Of a stretch of 64,000 bases of DNA, positions 1 to 11,921 are shown in pieces. Origin of the DNA: Pocillopora damicornis (taxonomy: Eukaryota); the NCBI RefSeq assembly GCF_003704095.1, contig NW_020844730.1:1-64000 (forward strand). Reading direction: 5' to 3'. The notes under the pieces were generated by a model. The model did no database searches and was not told the DNA's origin. It saw only the letters and a program-made list of their open reading frames with translations. The first letter of the stretch is position 1, and every line of letters begins with the position of its first letter. A program made the translations under genes and the position numbers.

Positions 1-111
1 AAACCACTCCGCTTCGCGTCGTGGTTTCCTACGCTTATCTCATGTTCTCCCAACCTTCTGCGTGTTTACATCAGGCTATGTAAACACGGAAACCATTTTA
101 CATTTCTTCAT
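1..111 (+). mobile_element. Terminal segment of a non-autonomous element related to the end of the Crypton-like element
   Basis: Near-identical to 2641-2745 (GTTCTCCCAACC...GTGTTTACATCAGGCTAT.TAAACACG.AAACCATTTTACATTTCTT); starts with the palindrome AAACCAC-N13-GTGGTTT. Confidence 0.6.
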
Positions 112-119
112 GATGTGAT

Positions 120-720
120 TTTTTCGTCAGTACCTCACGGTCTTTTAGTTTTTGTTTGTGTCCAATTGTTGCGATAGTATCTTATGTTCTTTTAGTTCAA
201 TTTGTTATGCGATTGTAATGTTAGTATCTCGTACACCTAAGCTCTCTTGTTGTTTGATTTGTTTCGTTAATATTTCACGGTCTTTTAATTTTCCTGGGTT
301 TGCAATTATTATGTTTGTAGCTCGCGCACTTTTGGTTTTCGTTGTTGCCCGATTGGTACGTTAGAATCTCTTTAACTTTTAGTTTCCTTGTTCTCCGATA
401 GTTACGTCGGCATCTTTTGCACTCTTAGTTTTCCTTACTGTCCGTTCGATACATTAATATCTTGTGCACTTTTAGTTTTCTTTGTTGTCCGACTGTTTCG
501 TTAGTTCCCCGAGCAATTTTAGTTTTAATTTTTTGACAGATTATTAAGTTAGTATTTCGTGCACTTTTTATGGACAGATTGTTACTTTACTACCTCATCG
601 TTTTTTAGTTTTCCTTGTCGTCCGTTTTTTTGGTTAGTATTTCAAGCTCTTTTAGTTTTCCTTTCCTTAGTATGTCGTGCACTTTTTGTTGTTATCTAGT
701 TGTTACGTTGAAAGTTTCTT
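120..720 (+). repeat. Degenerate T-rich tandem repeat (~45-bp unit)
   Basis: Recurrent GCACTTTTAGTTTTCCTTGTTGTCCGA...GTTAGTATCTCGT-like units; the same unit appears in reverse orientation at ~4765-4930. Confidence 0.6.
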
Positions 721-1977
721 GTTGTGGCTAAGGAAAGGTCGCCAACGGATGGAAATGGGTAAGGAAACAACAAGCCTGCAGAAGCCATGCCAGTAGCTGC
801 AAATGTCTTTGGATTATAGGCATGCGAAATTCTTTCGGCTCTAAGAGAGCCAATCCTTTTTTCAAAATCACGTGACAAAAATGAACAGTAACAACCAGAA
901 GGCTTCGATGCATGACCTCTGCAACGCTATGAATTATTTCAAGAAATAACAGGGATCGTAAACGGTCAAATTAACTTTCAAATCTCGTAATACAATTGCA
1001 AAGCTAAAATATCCGCTGGTGCTGGCAGGACATACGAAAATCCAGGAAGGGTAACAATGTTGCACCACCGTTGAACTGAAGTCCTTGCAAATCACTTTCA
1101 GTAAGACTCCAATAAGCGGAGAGAAGTTTGTGATAAGTAGTTTGCCTTTTGCCTTTCAAAGGCTTGGTAAATGATTGTGAACAAAAGGAAAAATACCAGT
1201 AATGTAGTTGAAACAAGTAGGGAGAGTAAGAATATCATAGAGTATCATTGTTCATTCCATTGTGGCAAAAGTAAATCGTATTCATGAATAAAACTGACAT
1301 TCATTAGTGTAAACAGAAGGTCCTTGAAGAGAGAATGAGCGAGAGCTCATTTTCGATTCGAGTTTTAGCTCAAGGGTTTTTCTGCTTAAACAAAAGAGCT
1401 ATCTGTTTGTTAAGTTAAAGTAATGAAATGTTTAACTTCCGTAGAAAATTGGCAAACTGTTAGCATACGTAGGCACTATGTATGAAGGAAGCAAACTCCC
1501 GTCATTGGGAAAGCATCTGGAAGGACATTTGACATTTGAACAAAACAGATCAATTAAAACTGAAATAAAAATTACGGGTGTTAATGGGCTCAATGATTTG
1601 AGATGTATAATGGCTGTAAACATTTGAAAATCACATGTTGCACCGCGGTTAAAGAATCGAATATAAAAGCGACCCTCGCAGTTATGAACACTACTGAACT
1701 AGTAGTTGAAATAAGGCCTTCTATGAATTACCTCAAATACAATGGCTTAAGCAGAGAGGGTCGAGAGTGGAATTGTCAGTCCGTCGATAAACCTTGTCAG
1801 TAGGCAATTCGCGATTCAAGTATCAGATCATTAATGCGAGCTTACCTGATGACAGTAAAGACGAACAGCAAGATGAAGATGACAAAATGGCCTGGAAGCG
1901 ATTCAGACCATCGGCTCCTCGCTCTGTATGTCAATCAATGTATATCGGTGCCTTGATTTCACTCTTAACTCCTGCCA

Positions 1978-2240
1978 CAGGGGCGGATCCAGGAATTTTT
2001 GATGGGGGGTCCAAACTTTGGTTCAGAAAGGACTGTTGAACTCTTTTGGGGCAAATTACTTTTCCCCCACACCCCCTCCCACCAGTGGTGGTTGCATGTT
2101 ATAATTCCTTGGCCCCTTACCGTTTACTTGGATTCTACTTGTAAAGGATGCACACTTGGATCATCCTACTCTTGTGTTTGGTTACAAAGATTGTACAGAT
2201 TTCGTCAACATCAATGTCAAGGTCACGATGTAAGTGCATG
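1978..2240 (+). mobile_element. Probable MITE / non-autonomous DNA transposon fragment
   Basis: Starts with CAGGGGCGGATCCAGGAATTTT, a GC-rich TIR-like end in an AT-rich context; no partner TIR seen. Confidence 0.35.
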
Positions 2241-2244
2241 AGCA

Positions 2245-2269
2245 CGTACGTGAGCACGTACGTACGTAT

Positions 2270-2300
<31 letters not shown>

Positions 2301-2480
2301 CATACATAAATGCATACATACATACATACATACATACATACAAACTTTATTGGAACTCCCTTCAACAGGGCTTTTCAGTCACAATAAACTAACTAAACTT
2401 ATTAACAATAACAATTTAAATTAAAATTATTTCTTATAAAGCATATTTTTAAAAAGAGTCTTTTTAAAACTATCAAGTTC
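2245..2480 (-). mobile_element. LINE 3' terminus with (TGTA)n microsatellite tail
   Basis: Minus strand reads ...GAAAAGCCCTGTTGAAGGGAGTTCCAATAAAGTTTG followed by (TATG)n at ~2265-2342. AATAAA plus a short-repeat tail is typical of CR1/L2-type ends. Confidence 0.55.
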
Positions 2481-2640
2481 TTTCACAGATAGATAGATAG
2501 ATAGACGTTTATTAAGAATACCTTAATAGCAGCTGGAAGCNNNNNNNNNNNNNNNNNNNNNNNNNNNNNNNNNNNNNNNNNNNNNNNNNNNNNNNNNNNN
2601 NNNNNNNNNNNNNNNNNNNNNNNNNNNNNNNNNNNNNNNN

Positions 2641-4760
2641 ACCACGACGCGAAGCGGAGTGGTTTCCAGCTTATCGAGTGTTCTCCCAACCTCCGAAGTG
2701 TTTACATCAGGCTATATAAACACGTAAACCATTTTACATTTCTTTTATAAAATAACTAATGAAAGAGGAATTAAATATTCTGCAAAACTAGTATTTATTA
2801 AGTTGATAAAGATAACAATTCTCCCGGAATCACCACCATTCAATCAGAATTTCCCTTTAAAAACAGCTCAAGAGCTTTCAAGTCCTTTAAAGAAACTCGT
2901 GTTCGTAGAGATGCAATGGATGCGATTGATTGATATAAGCGAAACAAACGCGTCCACAAGAAATGTTAAAAGAAAAAGTAAGTGAAATATTCTTCCAACT
3001 TCACGTGTCGAAAGCCAGCAAGGGACCTCTTGTTCAAGAGTTCAATTGTTTAAGAAGATCCTTTCGGAGGCTGTTAAAAGTTAATGTGCACGTCGCCAAA
3101 CTTGCAGGCGATGAACAAACCAGAGAAATTCATTACTCTTTCACTACCGAATTCAAGCGAAAGCTGGCTTGATTGATTGGTTATTGGCATCAAAACATCG
3201 CGGCGGGAATTAGGACTTTGGTCACCCAGTGCTTCTGAAATAACGTTGCTGCACTCTCGTAGCTGATTTTCAGATGAACGATCGTTATAATGCTTGAGGC
3301 TTTGCTCATTTCGGTGTCCCGAAATTGCTATGATTTGACGGCTTGAAATGCCAGCTTGCGACCACAAAGTTATTGCAGTTGCTCGCAGAGAATGGTTGGT
3401 GTAAATACGTGAAAGTTGGCCTTCTTGACTGATCTCGCGCATCATGTTGCCGAGTTTGTTGACGCCGAGTGGGCGATTTTCGTACCAAACGTTGTCACTT
3501 GCTTGCCAATCTCTTTTCGGAAACTGAAAGAAAGCTTGGCATCCTGGATTAATTTTTTCCAAATAAAGCTTCATTGCAGAATATCCATCGCCTGCTTGTT
3601 TAGTTTCATACATTCGCCCATCTTTTTCATAAGTTGTGTTGTCGGCAACTCCTCCTTGGTGGTTTTTGGTGCTCTCGTCATGGGTCATTGTAAAATATGC
3701 TTTGCCTCTTGCATCTTTATCAAAAACTAAAGCTTTGCGGAGTTAAAGAGCGCTGACCTTCTCGACCTCGGCGACACCAATAAAGAGTGGTGTGAAACCA
3801 TACATTTCTCAAAAGTCCAAGCGGAGTTGACGGGAGGAAAACACTTGAGGTTTTCAATTTTGTTAGATATTCAGGAGCTATAGCGGGCTTGTGAGTAATG
3901 TTTTCTTTCCCTTCTTTTTCCAGCATTTTTATTTTTGCGTCTAATATTTTGTTAGAACTCTGAAAGACCGGGTTTCCTGGCATTTTTATTCCTCGTTTGA
4001 AGGGAGCGTTGTTGAGGTAGCGCTCAATTACGTTTCTGAAGCCGTGAAGCGAAGAACGGCTGTAGTCTTCCCCTTTCTTTGTTCTTGCTTCAGCGTAAAA
4101 TTTCCGCAAGTGTGAGTCAAGCTCAGATGGAGTCATGGTTTCTAGTGGCTTTAAAACTGCCTTTCAGTCGCCCAATCTTGAATAAAAATGGCGATAGAAT
4201 TTTAATTTTATTGTTTTCTTTTATTTCAATTGTTTGTTGTTTTATAAACACGTTCAAAAGTTTGTTATACTATCTGTGTTTATACTGATTTACGTACATG
4301 AACGAGTTGCAAATATTAGTACTGTAAATTTTACTGGGGTTTGCAATCAGTACTATCTCAAGTTTTCCTTGTAAAACGGTAAAAATACTTTACCTTTAAA
4401 CGTTTTTACCCTGTTCAGAGTGGCATATTTGGTTCTTTTCGCTTCCGAACCAGTTATAATTTCATCAAGAGCCTCTTCTTGCAACGAAGGAAAGCAACGT
4501 GCTTGTTGTTGTTGTTCATTTGGCTTTTCGGCCGTTTCTTGAATACTGGGAAAATTAAACTCCAAAGAAAAATTAGGAAAATCTTCTTCTTCCATTACTG
4601 TACTCAAAACAAACTTAAAGAAACTGAGTTACTGCTAAATAAATAGTAGGGAGAACTCCGCGAGAAGATTCAGCATGAAAACCGTGTTTACATACGCTCA
4701 TGTAAAATGGTTTTATGGTCAATCAGAGCGCGCGCACCATTTGAATTATTTTATAAAATT
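2641..4760 (-). mobile_element. Crypton-like tyrosine-recombinase DNA transposon (degenerate)
   Basis: Contains an intron-split YR gene. The ends share inverted motifs: AAACCATTTTACAT (~2726) vs ATGTAAAATGGTTT (~4700), and TTTTATAAAATAA (~2743) vs TTATTTTATAAAA (~4746). Confidence 0.75.
3074..4607 (-). pseudogene. Tyrosine recombinase of Crypton/DUF3504 (KCTD1/ZMYM-related) type, two frameshifts
   Basis: Catalytic motifs WCRRGREGQR (Arg), TNHSLRATAIT (HxLR) and SGHRNEQSLKHY (His...Tyr). Exon 1 ends at 4394 (AAG|GTAAAG) and exon 2 starts at 4176 (TTCAAG|). Frameshifts near 4150 and 3722 break the frame. Confidence 0.85.
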
Positions 4761-5289
4761 AAATCAAAAGTGCACGAGATACTAACGTAACAAACATAAA
4801 GAGCACGACAGACCAACGATTACCTAACAAAATAAACGAATAGAGCACAAGATAATAGCGTACCACTGAAACAGGAAAGAATATTTAAAGACTCAAGATA
4901 CTAAAGTAACGAAAGGACAACAGCAGGACTGAGGGACTTTTGCCGACGCAAGGCGGTAAAGCTCGTAAGTGATCAAGAAAATAATCGGAAAGACAATTTC
5001 GCTGCATTAGTAAAGTGGGTAGTGTAAGTACGCACTAGTGAGATCACTCTCCGTTAATGCACTCGAGAAAAGACCTGACCCTCGACGAGCGCATTGAGCC
5101 AAAAGTTCGGAAGTTCAAAAATAATTCTCGTTATCCGTATTGTAGTGACTCATTAAAACCACCTGTCTCAAGTCAAGTCGCCTAGTAAAAAATCACCGCA
5201 CTTGTTTAATGCAATCAAAAGTGAAAATTTTCTGTAGATATCCTCGAGGCGGTTGAAGACCTTGTTCCATCCCTTAATTCACCCCGATT

Positions 5290-6480
5290 CAAACATACCA
5301 TCATCATCTATTAACCATCTCCATTAACTTCGTCATTGCGCTTGTCCTGGGAGTATGCAGGAAATTTGTCACCATGGACCTTGTTAAATGCACTATCATG
5401 GTGCGAATCTTCTATAGCTCATGTCAAAGCGTCAGAAATACTAATATGTTCGAGTCCTTTTGAGAGCACTCTGCATCGTTATTTTTTTCTGAGTAGGCCT
5501 TTGTCGTGCACTGAATTAAATCTTCTTTGAAAGACCACCAGGCTTAAAAATTTTCATCGTCACTGGCATCGTCATTGCCGATAACCACCATAGATCGACA
5601 TACTATCCTCGCAGTACGCAGGTAATTTAACACTATAGACTTAGTTAAATGGCCTAATTTGGCACACGTTCCTCACAGCTCAGTGATACGACTAATTCAG
5701 TGTCCCAAGTACTAATCGACACCTTTTGGGAGCTCACTGAATTTTTTTTTCTCTTTGAATATGTCTATTTCGTTCTCTGAATAACGTCCTTCACTCAAAT
5801 CACCAGGCCTCAATATTTTCTCCGACGTATCGACATTCTTATCCTTGCAGTATGCAAGACAGTTGTCACTACAGACCTAGTCAAACGGCCTAGCTTAGCA
5901 CAAGTACCTTACAGCTTAGTATTACAGCGTTCGAAGTACTAATGGCAGATCATATGTTTCGAGGCCTACTGTTAGCAGTCGGAAGTCTTTCTTCCGAGTA
6001 TGCCTGTTTCATTCACTGAATAACAATTTCTTTAGCTCAGATTTCCAGGCTTCAATATTTCCTTCTTCATTCGTATCATTATTACACTAGGCACCACATA
6101 TCGACATTCCTATACTCGCAGTTGGCGGGAAATTTGTCATCATGAACCTAATTAGACGCCGGCCCATTTTGCAACGAGTTTCCCATTGCTCAGTGGTATA
6201 CCGCAGTGGTAAACTAATCCAAAGGTCGTTGGTTCGACTTTTATTGGGAGCACTCTGAATTTTTATCTCCTTGAATATGTCCGTATCATTCATCGAATAA
6301 CATTTTCCTTCACCTAAATCACCAGGCTTAAAATTTTTCATCGTCTTTTCCGTCATCCTTTTTCTTAGGCAGCACGTATCGACATTCCTATTCTCGAAGT
6401 TTGCTGGAAACGTGTCACCATGCATCTTTTAAATGCACGGCCCAGCTTGCCGCAAGTGTCTATCGCTCAGCTGTAAGCAT
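5290..6480 (+). repeat. Tandem array of ~5 diverged ~240-bp units with a tRNA-derived (SINE-like) core
   Basis: Repeating ATCGACATTC.TAT.CTCGCAGT...GCTCAGTG.TA...GTTCGA...GGAGCACT...ACCAGGCTT.AA.ATTTT. The best unit keeps the A box (GCTCAGTGGTA, ~6188) and B box (GGTTCGACT, ~6231). Confidence 0.7.
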
Positions 6481-6504
6481 CACATATTGACATTCCCCTC
6501 GCTT

Positions 6505-8164
6505 TTACAAGTGAGAAAAATTATATTCAAACTCAGGTTTTCTCTGAGTGACCACATTACCACATGCTGTAATGGCGTGCGGACGTGTATCTGAGGGCTC
6601 CGCGAATTCCGTCGAATTTGTTGGCACTGAACCTTCTTTAACTCCCTTAAACCAATACCTACATTGGGACGACAAACAAAGTCTATTCAAGTGGAAAGGA
6701 AGCCTACCACAACTTCAGGAATTTTGTTCGAATGTCCTGAATTTGGAAGTTTCTGCAACCGCGAGTCCCTCTGAAAGGTCTAGTTCTTTGAAGTCGAAGA
6801 CAATAACGTTGGTTTTATTTAACAGTACCGGCACCCTTCAAGTCCAAGGTCCGGAAGCAAAGGCAATGAAAGCCAAACTGAAGAAGCTACTCCAGTTACC
6901 GGTTGATGACGACTCGGTTATTCTCGTGAATGAAGAAGAAGCTTCTACTCTGACATTTAACTAGAACGCCAAATCAGTACAAGAGGAGTTGGACTGTCTA
7001 AAATCTGAAGTGCTGAACTTATGGGCTCATATAAAAGAGAAACCTAAAGAGGAAGACCTGAGATCCGAAAATTCTCGACTTCGGGATATAATTATATATT
7101 TGAAGGAAGAAAATAAAAGAGTAGGCCAAGAACGCGATTCTTTAAGTTTTGCATTGCAAATCGTATCCAGAGAAGCAGCTACTCAATGCCGTTCAACGAA
7201 TAACACCTTTAATGAACATACCATTGTCCAAAGTATGGATGAGTCAACACCTTGCGCCAACAAAGAACAAGGCTTCATTGTGAAATCAAAGAAAAAGAGA
7301 AAGAAATCGAAAAACAAAGGAGCTTCCAACAACACCCTGACAGGAAAAGAATTCGAACCCGAAAAACAACCAAAAGAGCGCACAACCCTGCTCATAGGAG
7401 ATTCGATGATCTCAAGAATACCTGGAAAAGATCTGGGAAAAGCAGTCGGCCATAGGGTTATAGTCAAGCCTTTCTCGGGCGCTACGACAATGGCCATGAA
7501 TCACTAGCTCAAGCCAAATCTAGAACCTTTGCCCAACGAAGTGATTTTACACATTGGAACTAATGATCTTAAAACCAGGGAACCAAAGGCTGTTGCGGAA
7601 TCGATTGTGGATCTCGCGAGGCAGATCGAGGGCACCTGCGATACTATCGTCACGCTGTCGGAGCTTGTATGCAGAAAAGATAAGCTTGACCAGGCAGTGA
7701 AAACAGCCAACAAGCATCTAAAGAAGTTCTGCCATCAAAATGGATGGAAATTAATCCATCATGAGAACATATCTCATAGCGGACTCAACAAAGGTGGACT
7801 GCACTTAAATTTTAAAGGTAATGAGCAGTTTTATAATAATTTTAATCGCACATAGAATGAGATTATGTGTTTTAAGCAACCAAAGAGCCGAAAAATCTAT
7901 CTCACTATTGCCTCCTTTGCGCGGTTTTAAAATGGCATCACTCAATATTAATCAATTAACAACACATATAGACGAGCTAAGAATCCTATTAGCAAACAAT
8001 GATATCGATATTGTTTCCATAAATGAAACGAAACTGAACGAGAGTATTCGAGATCATGAAGTTCATATTTCGGGATACGAATAATTCGCCGCGATAGACT
8101 TACAAAATCTGGCGGAGGGGTATGCTTCTATGTAAAAACCTCAATCAACTTTACTGTACGAAAT
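6505..8164 (+). mobile_element. CR1/L2-type LINE 5' part: ORF1 (coiled coil + SGNH esterase-like) and start of ORF2 (APE endonuclease), disrupted
   Basis: ORF1 from ATG 6572 with LLIGDSM, FSGATT, LHIGTNDL and GGLHLN motifs; stops at 6962 and 7505. ORF2 has MASLNINQL, SINETKL and RRDR...GGGVCFYV, with a 1-nt deletion at ~8081. Ends at a gap. Confidence 0.9.
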
Positions 8165-8264
8165 NNNNNNNNNNNNNNNNNNNNNNNNNNNNNNNNNNNN
8201 NNNNNNNNNNNNNNNNNNNNNNNNNNNNNNNNNNNNNNNNNNNNNNNNNNNNNNNNNNNNNNNN

Positions 8265-10184
8265 TGAGCAGTTGGTATAGATTAAATCAATTAGAGTTGA
8301 AGAGGTGGGTGTTATCCTTGTCGGTTCAGAGATGAGCTGCTCGAGTCCGTAGACATCGGCAATACTCCTTAATTTGNNNNNNNNNNNNNNNNNNNNNNNN
8401 NNNNNNNNNNNNNNNNNNNNNNNNNNNNNNNNNNNNNNNNNNNNNNNNNNNNNNNNNNNNNNNNNNNNNNNNNNNNNNNNNNNNNNNNNNNNNNNNNNNN
8501 NNNNNNNNNNNNNNNNNNNNNNNNNNNNNNNNNNNNNNNNNNNNNNNNNNNNNNNNNNNNNNNNNNNNNNNNNNNNNNNNNNNNNNNNNNNNNNNNNNNN
8601 NNNNNNNNNNNNNNNNNNNNNNNNNNNNNNNNTTACATAGAAGCATACCCCTCCGCCGGATTTTGTAAGTCTATCGCGGCGAATTAGTTCGTATCCCGAA
8701 ATATGAACTTCATGATCTCGAATACTCTCATTCACTTTCGTTTCATTTATGGAAACAATATCGATATCATTGTTTGCTAATAGGATTCTTAGCTCGTCTA
8801 TATGTGTTGTTAATTGATTAATATTGAGTGATGCCATTTTAAAACCGCGCAAAGGAGGCAATAGTGAGAAAGATTTAGATTTTTCGGCTCTTTGGTTGCT
8901 TCATCGGTCCCGCACGGCATTGACGGAAAACGCATTATCTTATTCTAGGTGCGATTTAAAATTATTATAAAACTGCTCATTACCTTTAAATTTAAGTGCA
9001 GTCCACCTTTGTTGAGTCCGCTATGAGATATGTTCTCATGATGGATTAATTCCCATCCACTTTGATGGCAGAACTTCTTTAGATGCTTGTTGGCTGTTTT
9101 CACTGCCTGGTCAAGCTTATCTTTTCTGCATACAAGCTCCGACAGCGTGACTATAGTATCGCAGGTGCCCTCGATCTGCCTCGCGAGATCCACAATCGAT
9201 TCCGCAACAGCCTTTGGTTCCCTGGTTTTAAGATCATTAGTCCCAATGTGTAAAATCACTTCGTTGGGCGAAGGTTCTAGATTTAGCTTGAGATAGTGAT
9301 TCATGGCCATTGTCGTAGCGCCCGAGAAAGGCTTGACTATAACCCTATGGCCGACTGCTTTTCCCAGTTTTTTTCCAGGTATTCTTGAGATCATCGAATC
9401 TCCTATGAGCAGGGTTGTGCACTCTTTTGGTTGTTTTTCGGGTTCGAATTCTTTTCCTGTCAGGGTGTTGTTGGAAGCTCCTTTGTTTTTCGATTTCTTT
9501 TTTTTTCCTTGATTTCACAATGAAGCCTTGTCCTTTGTTGGCGCAAGGTGTTGACTCATCCATACTTTGGGCAAAGGTATGTTCATTAAAGGTGTTATTC
9601 GTTGAACGGCATTGAGTAGCTGCTTCTCTGGATACGATTTGCAATGCAAAACTTAAAGAATCGCGTTCTTGGACTAACTTTTTATTTTCTTCCTCCAAAG
9701 ATATAATTATTTCCTGAAGTCGAGAATTTTCGGATCTTAGGTCTTCCTCTTTAGGTTTCTCTTTTATATGAGCCCATAAGTTCAGCACTTCAGATTTTAG
9801 ACAGTCCAACTCCTCTTGTACTGATTTGGCGTTCTTGTTAAATGCCGGAGTAGAAGCTTCTTCTTCATTCACGAGAATAACCGAGTCGTCATCAACCGGT
9901 AACTGGAGTAGCTTCTTCAGTTTGGCTTTCATTGCCTTTGCTTCCGGACCTTGGACTTGAAGGGTGCCGGTACTGTTAAATAAAACAAACGTTATTGTCT
10001 TTGACTTCAAAGAACTAGACCTTTCAGAGGGACTCGCGGTTGCAGAAACTTCTAAATTCAGGACATTTGAACAAAATTCCTGAAGTTGTAGTAGGCTTCC
10101 TTTCCACTTGAATAGACTTTGTTTGTCGTCCCAATGTAGGTATTCGTTTATGGGAGTTAAAGAAGGTTCAGTGCCAACAAATTC
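8265..10184 (-). mobile_element. Second copy of the same CR1/L2-type LINE, inverted
   Basis: Reverse-complement match to 6614-8140. Same ORF1 and APE motifs plus EPTRITPTSSTLIDLIYTN; frameshift in a poly-T at ~9500. Confidence 0.9.
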
Positions 10185-11461
10185 GCCATTACATCATTAC
10201 AGCATTATCTCGTATCTTACGATATACCGACAAGACCATGGCAGAACATCTCAGCTGAGCTGTTTGAGCTCAACGGCACCGACTACCAGGTTACCACTGA
10301 CCATTACTCTAATTTATTCGAGTTATGCTGACATCTAAGACCGCCGGAGGGGTTATTGAAAACTAAAGCCGCACCTTGCAAGATATGGGCTTCCGGACCG
10401 TATCACCACAGACAATGGACCACAATTTGACCGTAACGAGTTTCAGAAGTTTGCAGCGGAGTATCAGTTTGAACACCTTAAAACCGCCACGATACCTGCA
10501 GTCCAACGGCAAGGCAGAGAACAGTGGTAAAACAGCAAAGAACATCTTGAAGAAAGCTGCTGATGCTGGCCATGACCATCACTTGTCTCTACTGGACTTT
10601 AGGAACACCTCATCAGAAGGGATGGACAGCACTCCTGCACAGCGTCTCTTCCCTGCCCATGGCTAATCATCTGCTTCAGCCGAAAGTTATTCCTAATGTT
10701 AGGCTCAAATAACAACAAAGGAAACATAAACAACCTATCTACTACGACACAGGAGCTAGGGAGCTGCCACCACGCAAAGTCGGAGATGTGGTGCGGGTTC
10801 GACCATTACCATGTCAGTCAAAATGGTTGAAAGCGCAAGTTAGTGGTCAGGTAGCGATACGCTCCTATATGGTGTGCACAGAAGATGGCAGACTCTACCA
10901 CCAAAATCGTTCACATCTTTACAAAGTTCCCGAGAACTTCCAAGGGATGCCAGACGAAGATAAAGTGCAGTCAAAGGTCGATACTCAGATTCGACCACCC
11001 GCCAGAAGACCCAGTGAGGGGATACCCCAGTTACGAACGAAATCTTCAGCATTGCAGATGCCAGCTACCTGACAGCCAAGTTCTCAGCCCGCTCCACCAA
11101 GTGTTCCCATACCTGTCTCTACTAGAAGTGGTAGAATTGTTAGGAGGCCTGCGTACCTGAGGGATCTTACTACTTAGGGAACCGGTGCTAAGGCGGAGTG
11201 AACAATCTTGAAAGGTGAACATTTTTGGTTAGTGCTAATCCGTTTCAAGTTAGATTTACGTTTTCAGTTTCCTGTTATAGTGTTTTTTGTTTGTATATTC
11301 AAAGAGGGGAGATGTAAAGATGTCACAATAGCCTTTACGAGCTTGCGCAGTACAAAGAGAACTGATAACCTGGATGCATGCACACGTGTTATGTTATGTA
11401 TTTTTTGCAATAGTCAACTTACAGTTATATTAAAATCGTTGTGTTATCTGACCACGTTACA
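10185..11461 (+). mobile_element. Gypsy/Ty3 LTR retrotransposon 3' remnant (integrase, PPT, 3' LTR)
   Basis: Frameshifted integrase motifs ARYGLPDRITTDNGPQF, PRYLQSNGKAE, LLDFRNT, PAQRLF and TRSGRIVRRP. Polypurine tract AAAGAGGGGAGA at 11301-11312, then LTR TGTAA(11313)...TTACA(11461). Confidence 0.85.
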
Positions 11462-11802
11462 GCTGCATTTTTTGCTCAAACTGTGGACACAAATGTGAAG
11501 ACACTGGCAGGTTTTCTCGAATTGTGGAAAAAGTGTGTAGGTCTCATTTTTACAGAAATTTTGAAATTTTGTAATCATTATAAAGATCTGCTTCATGGAC
11601 TGCGAGACTTCACGTTTTATTTAAGTTGTAATACTCGACGTCAGTTATTTATCATCTTTGATTACTGAACCATATAGATTTTTATCGGATTCAAAGAATC
11701 ACAGTAGGAATTTCTTTTTCAGGTGGAACAAGATGGCGGGAGAACGACAACTACCCAAGATGCATTTCTAGATAACTCGATCCAGTCCCTTGCAACTTTA
11801 TT

Positions 11803-11921
11803 CGGATTCGGAGTGAGCTTTTAGAATTCGGAGTGAAGCTTAAGAATTTGGAGTGAGTTTTTAAAATTCAGAGTGAGTTCTTAGGATTCGGAGTGAAGTT
11901 TAAGAATTTGGAGTGAGTTTT
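11803..11921 (+). repeat. Minisatellite, ~20-21-bp unit x6
   Basis: Repeated GGAGTGA(A)G(C/T)TT(T)AAGAATT(C/T). Confidence 0.85.

Noticed and set aside
2135-2689. ORFs 2135-2365 and 2483-2689 (also 8326-8646 and 8374-8640)
   Set aside because: Produced by a microsatellite or by N gaps.
6180-6260. Functional tRNA gene
   Set aside because: A/B boxes are present but no convincing cloverleaf; it is part of a degenerate tandem unit.
11803-11921. Short direct repeats as a CRISPR array
   Set aside because: Units are contiguous with no unique spacers, there are no cas genes, and the context is eukaryotic.
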